From Octopus vulgaris (taxonomy: Eukaryota): a DNA stretch of 64,000 nt. Below are positions 24,924-40,010 of the stretch, in pieces (the first letter of the stretch is position 1; every line of letters begins with the position of its first letter). The translations under genes and the position numbers were made by a program. The notes below the pieces were generated by a model. That model did no database searches and was not told the DNA's origin. It saw nothing but the letters and a program-made list of their open reading frames with translations. The stretch covers positions 91,636,001-91,700,000 of the forward strand of contig OX597820.1 in the NCBI GenBank assembly GCA_951406725.2, in the 5' to 3' direction.

Positions 24924-26098
24924 ACGTCGCACAGTATTCAATATCGTGAGGTTGTTGATTGAAGATAATGCGTCTACCGAGAGTTTGCACTGTCTGTCAA
25001 GTCACAAGTACCTCACACAGACATTACTGTACGCAATATGCGTGCAGTTCCTAGTAATGCCGATTTTTGTAATACATCTAGATTGTAGGGCATCTCTAAG
25101 GTTTTCGGATGTATTTTTTCAGATTGGGTGTTATTGAACCCAATGCTCCGATGACAATAGGGATAACCTCTATGTTCGACTCTAGTAGCTGCCACATCTT
25201 AGCAATCTCAATTCTCACGTCTCCATATTTGTCAACATCTTCTCTTTCTTTCATTATGATATGCTGATCTCTTGGCACTGATACGTCGATTATTAATCAT
25301 TCTTCTTTGTCCCTCCTAAAGATTAGTATATCCGGCCTTCGGTGCCGAAGCGGTTTCTTTGGAAATCAAATGCACACAGGATTTTCCTTTCCCCTTTTCG
25401 TCCATTACCTTTTCCGGTGTATGTTGGTACCAGGCACCCGTCACCACCTATCCATACTTACGGCATAGTAGCCAGTGGAAGTTTTGAGCTACCTTGTCGT
25501 ATCTGTGCTTGTACTCTTTCTGCGCAAGACTTTCACACGTTCTAACAATGTGAGTCACACTTTCAACCCTTTTCTCACACATTCTTCAGATGTCCGATGC
25601 ACTTGTGTGATATATATTTTTTTTCACTGAGTTGGTATTCAATTACTAGTTCTGAGCCACGATGATTAGGCTTTCAGTATTCTTTTGTAGGTCACCCTTC
25701 TTGAGCCACCTCCATGTTGCTTCTTGGTCTTTTAATTTGTTGATTTCATAGTGGGACTGACCATGTAATTCCATACGGAGTAGGGTTTCCTCTCTCTCGC
25801 TAGCTGTTCTTGTTCGGAATTCATGAGCACTCTCACGTTCATTTTTGTTTACTCATTCTCCACTAGCAGCATACTGAAGCATGTCTTCTTTGCTGTTTAC
25901 CAAATATTCTGCCATGTTTCTTCTTTCATTTTTGATGCACATCCGTACGCTTATCAGCCCATGTCCATCCTTACCTTTTTCATATAGTGCCTGTGCATAT
26001 TTGCTTTAGGGTGGAGGGCACCATGTATTGTCATTGTCTTTAAGGTAACGCGATCGAGTTGGTCATATCCGCTTGTGTCCATCTCAGGGTGGGTGCAC
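24878..26098 (-). mobile_element. RLE-clade (R4/Dong-like) LINE 3' part, decayed, with (TAC)n tail
   Basis: Minus-strand motifs TIHGALHPKAN, TESLIIVAQN, RPDIL..IIDVSVPRD..KYGDVRIEIAKMW..VIPIVIGALG, LQKSALLGTARILRTVMSV. Confidence 0.85.
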
Positions 26099-26113
26099 AA
26101 TATTATTATTATT

Positions 26114-26182
<69 letters not shown>

Positions 26183-27169
26183 CTTGTGATAATATAAGCA
26201 GTTGTGGTAGACATGGCAGTGGTGGTCATTATGTTGGGTTTCATGGTGCTGGTGGATGTTCGAATTATTACATATACTCTTAATGGAATAGCAAAGTTAT
26301 AAGTGTTCTTAGATAGTTGGAAGAATAAAGTAAGGGTATTGCAATACGATATATAATTTATTTAAACATATTCAGTTGTTAATATTATGACACCAGAATT
26401 GACATTTATATAGCTTCGAAATCAACAACTAAATTGCAAATGCTAGAAAGGGTGAAATTTATCACGACAGGGTACGTGTAATTCATAGAGACATATCGTC
26501 TTTCTCTCCATTAGATTTCGTGAAATAGGAATGTCTAAATTAACTTTCATCTTCTGATTTCTTCAATTACTAACAGCATGTTCTGTGTGCGAAATCTTCG
26601 ATTGTTACGAAGGATATTATTACCACACCACACTTATAGACACCACTGATATTTAGCTGCATTTGCGATAATTTTTTTTTTCTGCCGCAAATTACTTCAG
26701 CATTATTATGTAAAAAGCCAGTTGTCTTTCTGATTTCTTTCCTGCTTCACTCCATGTTACACTCACACTCACTGAAATGTAATTGCACTACAAAACTTGT
26801 TATGAGTAATCTTGCTTTCTCTTATATTAGTAGTTAATTTGCTGTTGTATGGCCAATGAATATGGCATTCGTGGCGCCGAAATATTTACGTTGCATAAAT
26901 ATTACTTACAGTGCAGTAGTGTCAGTATTTTACTGTCTGATATACACTTGCACGTGCATATAAACATAACTAAATATATAAATTAAAAATGAACGGCGAG
27001 TGTTAAGGACATTTTTAGGAAAATAGAATGGTGAAGAATATGCTTCTACAATAGCAGTTAAATGAATTCAACCAGAAAAAATGAAAAAGTGCGTTCAAGT
27101 GCGTGTTCTAATGACTTTCTACAGAAACTGATGCTTGTATACACGCAATGGCACAAGGTAAGCAATTCC

Positions 27170-27320
27170 ACAGAGGGACCCCAGTCCTCAACTATTACTT
27201 ATTTTATTGAACCCTGAAGGATGAAAGGTAATGTCGACTTCGGTGGAATTTGAACTCAGAACGAACGTAAAGACGGACGAAATGCCGTTAAGTATTTCGC
27301 CCGGCGTGCTGAAGATTCTG
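27170..27320 (-). mobile_element. SINE family A, minus strand
   Basis: GGATGAAAGG..GTCGAC..GAATTTGAACTCAGAACG..AAGTATTTCGCCCGGCGTGCT. Confidence 0.75.
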
Positions 27321-28429
27321 TTTCATATTGAAAGTGGACAAACGTAGTATACCGTACTTATGTATCTAAATCATCCCAAAATTTAAAAGGCCTTACACTG
27401 ATATCAATGAGTGACTACCCACACTACACCGCAAATTATATATGGGGATTATATCTAGTTAGTTGAACAACCTTAGAATAATGTAATGAAAGATAAACAA
27501 GTAAATCGTATTTCATGTACATTGAATAGAAAAGAAAAGTGTCTACACTGCAACATATATGTTGCAATAGAAATATGCGATTTCCCGTCACAGCAAAATG
27601 TACATAAGCAAATATACGGTCTTCCATATAGGTTTACAAAGGAAAATATGATCTATTGTTGTTCAGTTTTTAATGTGTAATGTATAATATTTTGATGGAA
27701 ACAGAACATAAGTATGATTTCACGTATGTACGATGTCACAGACTTATTTATTTTCCAATCATATCGATTTCCTTGCGTCTATAAATGTAAAATTTTCTAT
27801 AATTATTTAGCGACTGTCATAACTACTCGTGTAATTTCCTAAATATGTCAGTTTCAGCTCGAATGACGAAAATAAAATGTTCCATTGATTAGCATCGCAT
27901 TATTCTCAACATATGTATATTTCTAGTTAGTTTTCTAATTACTTTTTCATTATATATCAACATTAAAATATTGTTTTTACTGTTGAAAATATATCTGTAT
28001 TATACAGTTTCTAAACTACTGAAATAAAACAATAGCGAATGTGAAATATAAAAACAATATCTTGTCTATAAACCTTGAGAATAATAAATAGATTTCATTC
28101 TTAACTAATTGATGTCTATCTTCTAAATATCTGATCAATGAAAAACAGATACCGGTACGCATTATTAATCTCAATGCCGAGGCTTTGTTTCATATGCAGG
28201 AATATGTGTGCGTCTGATTGTGTGTGTGTGTGTGTGCGTGCGCGCATATACGTATATGTAAATATACGTTTGTATATTTACATACACACATATATATGTA
28301 TGTGCGTGGATTGGGTGAGGCAACAGACGTGTTATAAAATGCTGAGTCGTTTCCATCGCATGAAACTATTAATAGCTCATGAAAATATATACGGTGTACA
28401 TAAAATAATATATATATACATACATACAT

Positions 28430-28502
<73 letters not shown>

Positions 28503-28651
28503 TACATATATACATACATACATATATATATATATATATGTGTTAGTTAGTTAATTTTGGCTCAAAAAGCAAAAAAGAAAGGCCATGTAGGGGGACATGG
28601 AGTTTTGTACAGGGTGGTGTTCATGTAAAGAGTTCAGGCCATTAGATTCCT

Positions 28652-28922
28652 GCTTGGCTTAGATTTTCCTTTGGACCTGGCCAGGTCGGAGCAACCTCAA
28701 GATTAATCAGCCGAAATTGCGAGGATGATCCGGTTCTTGACTGAAGATTGAAGGCTTCGAATGTCCCGTCCGTATTTTTTGTATCGTCTTCTAAATGTTT
28801 TGCGTTCTTGTCCCAGTTTGTGTTTATTTTTTACATATACACATATATGGCGGTGCCCGTACCCTTTTTGGTCTTGTATGTAAGTACATTTTTCTTTACA
28901 CTTTGCATTCCAATTTGATCTG

Positions 28923-28966
<44 letters not shown>

Positions 28967-29458
28967 TCCTCTGTTCCTTGTTTTTCTCTCTTCCTCTGTC
29001 CCTCTTTTCCTCTCTCTTCTCCTCACACGTGACTAACTTTGGACTGCTGACCTGCCTTTTCGTAGTCAGCAGCCGCCGAGGCTAGACACATTTTCTTTCT
29101 CTCTTCGCCTCAAGGCATTTTTCCAATGCGCCAGCTCAAGTTCACCCGTCCCGTCGAAACGACGCCTGTCTGTGACGTCCTGCTTTTGTTATCATTATTA
29201 TCATTAATGTCTTTACGTATTTTTGTATTCTTATTCGTTCCCGTCCTTGTTTTGTATACATTCGAGGCTTTCTTCCAAGGAATCTAATGCGCTTGGCTTA
29301 GATTTTCCTTTGGGGCTGGCCAGGTTGGAGCAATCTCAAGATTAATCAGCCGAAATTGCGAGGATGATCCGGTTCTTGACTGAAGATTGAAGGCTTCCAA
29401 TGTCCCGTCCGTGTTTTTTGTATCGTCGTCTAAATGTTTTGCGTTCTTGTCCCAGTTT
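28652..29458 (+). repeat. 168-bp near-identical direct repeats (28652-28819 / 29291-29458), pseudo-LTR-like, embedded in TA/CA tracts
   Basis: GCTTGGCTTAGATTTTCCTTTGG..AGATTAATCAGCCGAAATTGCGAGGATGATCCGG..GTCCCAGTTT seen twice, period 639 bp. Confidence 0.9.
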
Positions 29459-31089
29459 TTTTTTTACATATACACACACACATATATATATATACTGTGT
29501 GCATTAAATAATGATATATTATAATATATACAATGCATATATATGCATTAAATAATATATGTATGTGTATGAATGTGTGTACGTGTGCATGCGTGTGTGT
29601 GTATGTATGTATGTATACATCATACATATATGTACACACATTTGTATGCGTATTCCATATCATACGTTGAGAGGCTAACTATTGTGTAGAGTGTAGTTTT
29701 ACTCTTAGTTCAAATCCACTTGATAAAATCATTTTCATAAATACGTATGTGCTAAAATCACTTTTCTAGATATACTGGTCAAATGATTTTCATATATTAA
29801 TTTAATTTTCAACTGGATAAAGTTCTTTTATCTAACAAAACTTTGCCTGAAATTTACATGCGAAAACTGCGTAAATATACTTTTACACATATATCACTTA
29901 TAGAACAGTAATTTAAATGAGGCTCAGATAAAGGAAGGAATATAATTACACTAACCTGAAGTGTTCGTTTCTTTAAACTATTCGTAACCTTTCCCGAAGA
30001 TCCGATATTTGATAAGTTTATTGCTGATAACATCACATCTATCTTGACACCATCTTTCAAGTTTAACCACATTGAGTCTTAGCGACGCTAATCATTACTA
30101 GTCTCTTTTAAGTCTAGGGATTGAATTTAATGAATACAGTGATATACCTATGCATAACTGTGAGTGCGAAATGTAATAGCTTTCAGGGATATATACGTTT
30201 GTGCATGTATGTGTGTGTTTATGCGTTAAAATACACTCAAACACACACACACACACTAATATATACATACATATGCGTTACGTTCTCGTGTATATAAGTG
30301 TGCGTGCATATGATTCGAACGTTCTGGTTCTTGGACTGAAAGAAAGTGTAGAAACGAACCACACAGACTGTAAATGAATACTTACCACATGTTACAGCTC
30401 TGAATATCCAGTTGTTTAGGTTCTATTAACCTCACCATTTGCTGTTAATCATAAATGATTAGTAATACTTTATTTTACATGTATCTGAGTTTAAAATCAA
30501 ATTTGAGCTAACGTGCACATGAGGTGTTCAATTTATAACCGTTCAAATATAACCGAGAAAATATCGTCTGTAAAGGTATAAAAATTATATTCAGAATAAT
30601 GCTCTCAGGGGCTATAAATAGCTGTAAATTTTAAATACTTGCCATATACTTTTGCCTAGATAGCCATTCATGAAATCATCATAAAACAAATATTTTCTTT
30701 AGAGTACCAGCTGTTTATGATGCAAATAGTCATTTTTGTAGGACGAGATATGTTGTAGTAAACATCTGGTTCTCTCTCTATATTTCATTTTCCGATTTTA
30801 GTTCATTTTAATACACAATAAATCATAACAAGTACTATTTGGTTGGGGGCTGTGCACTTTTAGTTTTGAAAACCATGCTTAGTTTTGTGTTTTTTTGTTG
30901 TTAACGGTTTTTTCTGGTTCCTTCGATACTGGTTATTTGGTTTCATAATTAACAAATTTGGCTTCAGCCCGTAGTATTATTTAGTTTCCATAAACATTTC
31001 TTATTTACTCTCTGCCCGTCTCATTAAAAAGTATAATTTCTGTTACCCAGTTATTTTAATTGTCTACTATCTTCTGCACTCGTGTATTT

Positions 31090-31974
31090 CTGTGTACATA
31101 TATAACCATGCCTAGAAGGATAGTGTCAAATGTGTCTACGATGTCAATGTCAGCCAAAGGAATGTTTCTGTTCAGGGAAAGAGAGACAGCTGCACAAAGG
31201 GAAATATACTATGAAACGAATAGAATGTGCACTACAAAAGCCACAGCATCTGAGAGTATGAACAGAGTTATGCACAGCAGAGAAGAAATAGGATCGCCCC
31301 TGCAGAATGAAAAGCAGTTGCAACAGCCCAGAGAAGCAACTTCTATGAAGCAGCTTTCAATTATGATCCGGCAATTCATTTATGCAGATGACACTAGAGT
31401 TTCCATTGGTGCAATGACAACTGAGTAAAGCGTCGAAGTGGCTTGGAGAAACACCTACACTGTGCTGCAGTGGTGGAAAGGTTAAATTCCCTGCAATCCT
31501 CCAACCTCCAAAGCCATTGAAGAAACTGTTGTCATCAACTGACCAAGATTCCAAGCACTTCTAAAACAAAATTAGACAATAGAAGGCTGCACTAAAGATC
31601 ACATCATTTGGAACCGGGATTCATCCAATTTTTCAAGATCCAAGATCAGATTTATCATTGGATTGGCTCTCTAATACCTCTGTCAAAGGAATCACCGAAA
31701 TCGACCTTTCATTGTTTATAATCTGTACCCGTGTTTTGGTTACGTAATAAGCTACTCAAAACGTGTTTTTGAATTACATGTATTTACTTTATATACATAC
31801 ATGGGTTGAAAATTTTCTTTTAACATTTCACTTAACGTTTATGTTACCCACTGGCATGTGTTGGAGAGTTATTAAGGTAGAAAGTTGGTATCTCATCTAC
31901 TAGCAGTTAAGACCTGCGTAATATAGACGACGATTTCTCTCTTCAACTCGGGCAACGCCGAATATTTCTGCTAG
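31090..31974 (+). mobile_element. Internally deleted Helitron (RepHel N-terminal remnant plus 3' end)
   Basis: VSIGAMTTE..KWLGETPTLCCSGGKVKFPAILQPPKPLKKLL..SKHF*NKIRQ and EPGFIQFFKIQDQIYHWIGSLIP match Helitron Rep N-terminal motifs; 3' hairpin CGGGCAACGCCG followed by CTAG (31971-31974) then T; 5' end not located. Confidence 0.8.
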
Positions 31975-32095
31975 TATATATATACAAATAAAGATAGATA
32001 GAGAGACAGACGGACAGACAGACTGGTAGACAGAGAGGCAGACAGACAGACAGACAGATAGATCGATGGATGGATAGATAGACAGATAGATAGAT

Positions 32096-32578
<483 letters not shown>

Positions 32579-32829
32579 CTGATTGATAGGCACATGTATG
32601 TGACTAACTTACTGTACGTAAATAATATGTAAACACTTTTATTCACAACCTCGAAATCTACGATGTTTTTCAATGTATACCTTAAAACGTTTAAATGCTT
32701 TGAGCTTTATCCATGGCTTCTACACATATACAATGAGTCTGTCTGTCTGTCTGTCTGTCTGTTTTTCACTTTTTCGCTATTTTGGAACGCTGAACTCTGC
32801 ATATTCTTTCTCTCTCCATTTTCTCCTAT

Positions 32830-32950
32830 TCGGCCTTTCTGTCGACGGGCGTAGGGTCGAAACGTAAAACACTTCTTCACTTTTCCTGAGCGTTAAAATA
32901 CTACACCTTCTTCTTGTTCCTACACCTGTCTTCGTCTTTTGTTTTCTCTA
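32830..32950 (+). mobile_element. Penelope-like terminal repeat fragment (same family as 9090)
   Basis: CTGTCGA-C-GGGC-gtag-GGTC-GAAACGTA..CCTGAGCGTTAAA..CACCTGTCTTCGTCTTTT. Confidence 0.5.
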
Positions 32951-35900
32951 AATTTGAATTATATATGTGTGCGTGTGTGTGTGTGTGTGTGTACGTGTGC
33001 TCACATTTGTGTGTGTGTGTTCGTTAATCGCCCGCTTCTGACTTATGAGGAATATATTCTCGCACAGGGTCAGACGCCCAGGCACACATATGCATATACG
33101 TAGACACATGCATGCGCACACGCATACATACACACACAAACGCACACACACACACACATTTATATATATATACATATATATACATTGCGTATGTTCATAG
33201 ACATTTTTAACCACTATTCTAAGAAGTAAATGAAACGTGATGTAAATCTGTTTAGAACAGCGGAAATAATATATAAAAACACATAAAGATTGGTAAATAC
33301 AAAAAAATGTTTAAATTGCATGAGATGTAACTTACAAAATATACAGAGAAAGAAAATAAAATTTGGCAAATTTACCTAAGCTAAGTTGGTAAAGTACCAC
33401 CTTATTGTTAGCTGTCAATTAGATAATGTCTTTTCTCTCCAATTATGCAAGGTTTACTAAACTACAACTTGTCATGAGTGCTTGCTAAATCTTCACAGTA
33501 GATAAGCTCTATAAATTAAGAATGTCTAACAAGCATGTCTTCTTGAAAGGTCATTCAAGTTGACGGTGATAATAATATCTTTAGAAATCATTCGAGTCTT
33601 CGTTCTGCACAGGGCCAGTAATTTTAAAGTTGACGACCAAAAGTTGCAGGCACTAATATTGATGGATGAAGACAATTTAAATTCAATCCTACTTCTTTTC
33701 TTTTACTGTAGATCTAGTTTATGAGTTATTTGGAAATCAACAAATAGTTGACATGATAATTTTATCAGCTTCAATGATTTTAATATCGCAAAATATTTCA
33801 TTACTGATTTCGTCCAGGATGTAAAAATATAATGATTCTTCTATGTTCAATTTCTTTTTTGTGATATAAGAAACGTTGTACCCGTGTATTTATATATGTG
33901 TTTTGGCTCATTCTTTTCTTAAATGAAGATATTTCTGCTTCAGTTTGTGTAAATATACGAGATTACATACAGCTGTAAGTTATACGCAGATAGTAACAAT
34001 GCTAATAACACCACTGGCGAATGCATAACTAGCATAATATGTGTCACATTGGTCATTGCTGAAATACAGATAATTCTAAGAAAAATTATCAAACCAGTAA
34101 CGAAAAAATATGAATACTTATAGAAAGAACAAAATAAAAGAATTAGTACAATACCACATCGAAATTACATGAGTATCTATATGATGTGTGTGTATATGAG
34201 TGGATGAATAGATATGTGTATGTATCTTTTTAACAGTCTCTGTTTATCTATATCTATCTGACTATATGTATCTATGTGGGTATTGTTTTCCATTGCATGA
34301 AAAGAACGTATTACGTCAACTCTGAACAGCTTGGTAGTAAATTATATAACATGTACATAAATTTTACAACTCCATAATATCAGGTAATATTTTTTCTTCT
34401 TTGTAAGCTCATTGGTAAACACAAACACACAGATATATAATTGATATTTCTAGTATTTTGATGTTACTAGAAATGCTAACTATTGATACGTATATAGTAT
34501 TTATAAAAAATTGCTCGTTTTATTTTCTGATTGGAAACTGCTACACAAAGTGACGCTTAAGTATTTTGTACTTTCATTTTTTACTAAAATACAACTTTGT
34601 ACATGTTCTAAAGTAAAGTTGCAGAACACACACAATGGTATATAATGCGAAACTTTTAACATTCATCATAACTGACGTCTGATTTGATTGCCGTCCTTTT
34701 TTCTTTCTACATAAAACAGACCGACTGATACATCAAAATCAGAAATTCTTTCTAGGTTTTATAATACAGCCTGAACATTTTGCTTATGCAAATAATCAAT
34801 TTTGAATCCTGAAATATTACAATCTTTATAGGAATATGTATAGAAGGTACTGGATAACGTTAAGGTGATGAATTTTTAGTTGGCCCAGTATTTCAAGCAT
34901 GAATCAAAAAAATCTAAATGAGAAAAAAAGAACTATAGATATATTAAACTAAAATATAGAAAAATATTTTTATGCAATATTCAAGGATAAGTACAAAATT
35001 CTAATAACATACAGGCTCGTGAATAATTACGATTATAAGTAGTGGGTGTTATGTGAAAGTATATTAGCAGTCATTTATATTTACAGAACTGATGCTCTAG
35101 ACACGTATTATAGTCGGTAATTCTGGAAATTGCTTGTTTATTTGCCTCTTGCTCCCACTTTTCGGCGCACGCCTTGACAACTACAGCCACACATAATTCT
35201 GAATAATATTGTATAATGTGCATGTAATCTTCCCGAATAATCTGCGGGATATCGTTTCAGGGTTGATTCTCTGACGTAAATTACAATAGTAAGCTGTCTG
35301 AAAACCTGTATGATTCGTATCAATACCATTGATAGCCTACGTATAAATGTTCAAGGAACTAAGTATGCAGAAGTAATAATATAACATTCTTCCAAGGCCT
35401 CCTATTTTTAGCTAAGCCCTCGACTTTCGGTTTCTGGGGCAGATCAAACGGTTAATTAGATGAGATGTATAACATAACATGTCAAATAACAACAATGTGA
35501 CCAATATACCGGGCTATTGTTGAAAGTAAAGTTCCCCACTCTCGTTTAAGTGGATTATTTTTTTAAGTCCTGTATCTAGTCCCATTTTTCAGAATCTTAT
35601 CCGTCTTCTGTGTTGCAATGTGTTGTTCCGTATAGCGTATAAATCATTGTGTATCTGCTTAATTCCATCCAGAATGAAAAGACGGAAAGAGATGGTTCCG
35701 AATTACCTAAGAGATAATGTAATTAGAATGCTAGAAGCTCATATAAAAGCTGTTCTGATCACTTAATTTTATGGCATGCCCACTGTACTAATGTTTAGAT
35801 TACAATAGGCTTGGTAACATAAATATCAGTCTTCAAATCTATGAGTGGCTCAAATATATTGTAACGTAAACAGCAATTGAAGTTAATAAATGGAGTCCAG

Positions 35901-38535
35901 TGCGCATGCGCATACAAATACTCATATGGTAGAAATATAGCTGATTATCAGGTGTGTTATTTCGATGTAGTAAAATGATAAAGTACCGTTGCAGGTCCTC
36001 AATTTTAATATTCTTTGCAAGAGCTATAATTTATTTCAGTATTATACAACACTTAATGCTCGTTTTTCTTTCGTATACTTAATCCTTTGAGTATACTTAG
36101 AATCATGTTTGCATTAATTTGGGTTTGTCGGCATTGCTATAGGCACTAAGCTCTCGTATTTAACTAACAAAATCAAATGTCATGCAACCTTATTTCGTTT
36201 TCTGTATAACTATGAGCCAGCTTTAACTCAATGTGAGTAAATGGTTGCATAGTTACCATGTCCGTTTCATAAGGTTTTCACTATTTAATTTGGGAATGGT
36301 ATTCAAATCTTGCCTAAGTAAACGTTACGTTTATAAAATATATATAACTGCCACTATCAAATTCAGTCGATACAGCAATTTTCTCCTTCAATACTGAATA
36401 TCATTTGTGCCTTGGAAGAAGCGGTTTTATATACGAAGGGAATCTGTGAATTCTCGTATATTCAACTAGAATACAAAGGGCTTATACGGTATCAGCATTT
36501 AACTTGTCCTTTGAAAAGATGGTTCGAACAATTAATAATACGTCCCATTCGTCCACTTCATCGAAACCAATTCCTTACTTGTGCATTAAAATTCCAGTGT
36601 TATTTATCTGGTGTATATTTAAATAGTACGCGTATTCAAACACCTAAATTTCAATTATATTCCTGTCTCATTGCATGCAGGTCCAAAAGTGTGGCAATAC
36701 TGAGGAATATGTTATTAGCAGTCATTAATGACATTTGCAACAGCTTATACTATTATGAACAATATCATCAGGTTAAATGGAAACATTGAGAATCTATAGT
36801 ACAACTTATGTTAATATTTGCCGATCATGTTCGTCTATATATTACGCAACGTATTTCTGCTGGGATGTTTTCAGCAACCATTTTACATACAAAACCTTTT
36901 TCTTGATATTACCTGTAATCCTCCTATGGTTACAGCTACATGGAAATATTTAATCAAGTGTGCCGAAGACATGATGCAATCATAGGATCAAAACAAAAGC
37001 TAGGGAGGATGTATATCACGCTCATTAGCATTTATCTCCTGTATTAGAGTTAATAACTTGGTCTGATATTAATTATTAGTTTTCGCCTTATAATGTGTCA
37101 TTCCCTTTAAAAGAGAGCCAGTATTGAGATGTATGACAATTAGTTAACATATTCAACAAATGAAATCATAACAACTTATAATGCCTCATTCATACTAAAG
37201 AAACACACTAAATCTTTAGTTGACTTTTGGACATTACTTTTCTAGTCAGAATTATGTGCAACTTAGCCAGTTTTATATATTCCTAAAGCCTTTCATTAAT
37301 TATTTCAAGAACTGAACTGCTAAGCAATCAGTTTTCAACGACTCCCACAAAGAGTGACTTCATAATAGTTATACCTAGGTGAAGCATGATTGAGGTGAGA
37401 TATGATGAAAAAGCTTTCCAGGAATGACCATACAGTCTATTTATTCAAGGTGTTCCTAGTTTCTTAGTTGAATGTGATTTAGAAGAGACTGGGCTATTAT
37501 TTGTAGGTGGTAAAACGTCAGTAACAGGTGCCCTCGCTGATCGTTATTCCAGCGATATGTAATCACATTCCATTTGACTCCTGAAACATGAACACGAGAA
37601 GAAACTGGCCTGCAATTCGTATTAAATTTAAAAAGGAATATATTTTACGAATGAAAATGATATCGTAAAACGACCTTCACGCAAGTAATAAGATAAAATC
37701 TTCATCGTAAACATGAAAATTGTAAATTTCATGACCCGGACAAGTATGTCAATTTCTCTTCAGTTGACTATGTATTTACGAGAAATCATCGTAACCCAAG
37801 ATACTACTGCAATAAAATTAAATACAAAAGAAAAAAAATAGTTAAGCAGCACCACATTTTTTTTAGAGAATTCAAGAATTAAAAAATTGTGGAAGTTTCA
37901 TCACTGGCCAAATGCCAACTAAATATAAACACTCAGATGCACTATATGTAAATAAATCATGGAATCTTCTATACTTCAAAGCTGTATAACTTCTTAAATC
38001 TGTTGTTGACTAATTTACCAGTTATATCAATATGTGTTGTTGCTACTTACCGCAAAGCATGCGGGTAACATGCCATCAATATCATCACGTCTTTCTAATA
38101 CTGGGTGGGTAATGTTTACACATGTTTATGGGCAAATGAGTTTAAGAATGCAGTAGTTTCAAAGTTAGCATAAAGGATTAACGAAATTAGTTAATTAGAT
38201 GATTAGTGAAAGTACAGACAAATTGGTTGTTCGCCTTCACTGCGAGACCATCATTATAACAGTTCAAATAAAAATCGAAGGTATTTTCTTAATGATATTG
38301 GTTTGTATATTAGTTACATACTTTTACAAATATGCTTTAAAGAAAACTACTATGGATGGCTCCTTTAAGTGGTTTCATAGTACGCTAGTAATTTTTAATT
38401 CTTTGTGTTAGTGATAATTTTAGATGACTTTACACTGTCTTTATTTCCAGAATTTTTTTTCCGATGAACGGAACAGCCTGCTCGTGAAATTAATGTGCAC
38501 CCTTAACCTATTTTTCTGGAAGATTCAATGTGAAA

Positions 38536-38773
38536 TACAGTAATCCGTCGCCATATCTCGGTTCACCTATCGCGGTTTATTATTCAACCTTACGGTGATT
38601 CCTATGTGGTGTTGATTTGCATTTATAGCAAACTAAATATATATATAAATTATAAAAAATTATAAAAATAATATTAAAAATATACAGTACACAACTGATT
38701 CTACTTCACAAATTTTCACCTATCGCGGTGTGTTTTAGAACGTAACACACGCAATAGTCGAGGAATTATTGTA
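38536..38773. mobile_element. Tigger/pogo-like MITE
   Basis: TA|CAGTAATCCGTCG..CGAGGAATTATTG|TA imperfect TIRs with TA duplication; right end resembles the 57180-57214 TIR (GAACGTAAC). Confidence 0.7.
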
Positions 38774-39819
38774 CAGGCATTACTAATTTTTGTCACCTAT
38801 CTATTTATATATCTGTCTATCTATCCATTTATCTATCTAACTATCTATCTATTCATCTTTCTATCTACCCATCCTTCTATCCATCTATCTGCTTGTCTGT
38901 CTGTGCATCTCACATCCAAGAATGGAAACGCCAAACTCACGTTTATGAGTGCAACATCCAAACCACTAAGGCACACGCCTTCAGACACACACACACAAAC
39001 ACGCACAAGTACACAAACACACACACGCACACTCATTTGTGTACCTTACGCATACCTAAAACTAACCAGTTATATTTCATTACATATATATACATGCATA
39101 CACAGGTACAATTACGTACACACATACAATGGGCTGAAGTTCAGTACAGTAATGCCGGATGGTCACTGAGAATACACGGATTTATTTTTAATGCTAATAC
39201 TAGTAACCATCAGACGGATCCCTGTATAAATGAAAAAATAAATCTGCAGTCGATAAAATTTACGATAAAATGTAGTAAAATATTTCTTGACTTGAATTCT
39301 TATTTCTGGTATAAATTTTATTGCTATTTTTGTGAGCATTTTTGAGATATAACTCTTTACAAAGTTTTCGGATTAGTATTCTCATCGATAAATTACTTGT
39401 CGGAAATGTAGGCTTACATACATTTACTACTCGGTGACTAAGTTTGTTTATCCGTATGGCCATTTCTTCTCTACCTTTAACATCTCGTTTCTGATACCAA
39501 CTGAATGATGATTTCGCTATCGGCACGTTTATAACAGCTACATATCACGCTAAACCCTGTGGATTTATCCTTCATACGTACGTCTGTCAGTGGTGAAATG
39601 CTAATCTAAGCGTTGTAGGTTTGTACAAGTTGTCTGCAATGCTGTTATGTAAATTTCGTGTGACTGATACGATGTAAGTTTTTCTGTACTGTTAGGCTAT
39701 TTTAAAATAGCAACACAGAGATGGGTGCGCCTGCGTATACTTCCTTCCATCTATCTGTCTGTCTATCTATCTATTTCTATTTCTATTTATTTATCTATCT
39801 ATCTATCTACCTATTAATA

Positions 39820-40010
<191 letters not shown>

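Noticed and set aside
27125-27157. 33-nt AG..GTAAGC micro-exon candidate
   Set aside because: No similarity to carbonic anhydrase and adjacent to a SINE tail; cannot be supported
28735-28772. CTGAAGA..GAATGTC as a hammerhead in the 168-bp repeats
   Set aside because: GAAA is absent, stem II has no viable loop, and no stem I pairing exists in either copy
31366-31395. FIYADDT as a reverse-transcriptase YADD motif
   Set aside because: No other RT motifs; the surrounding sequence matches the Helitron Rep N-terminus
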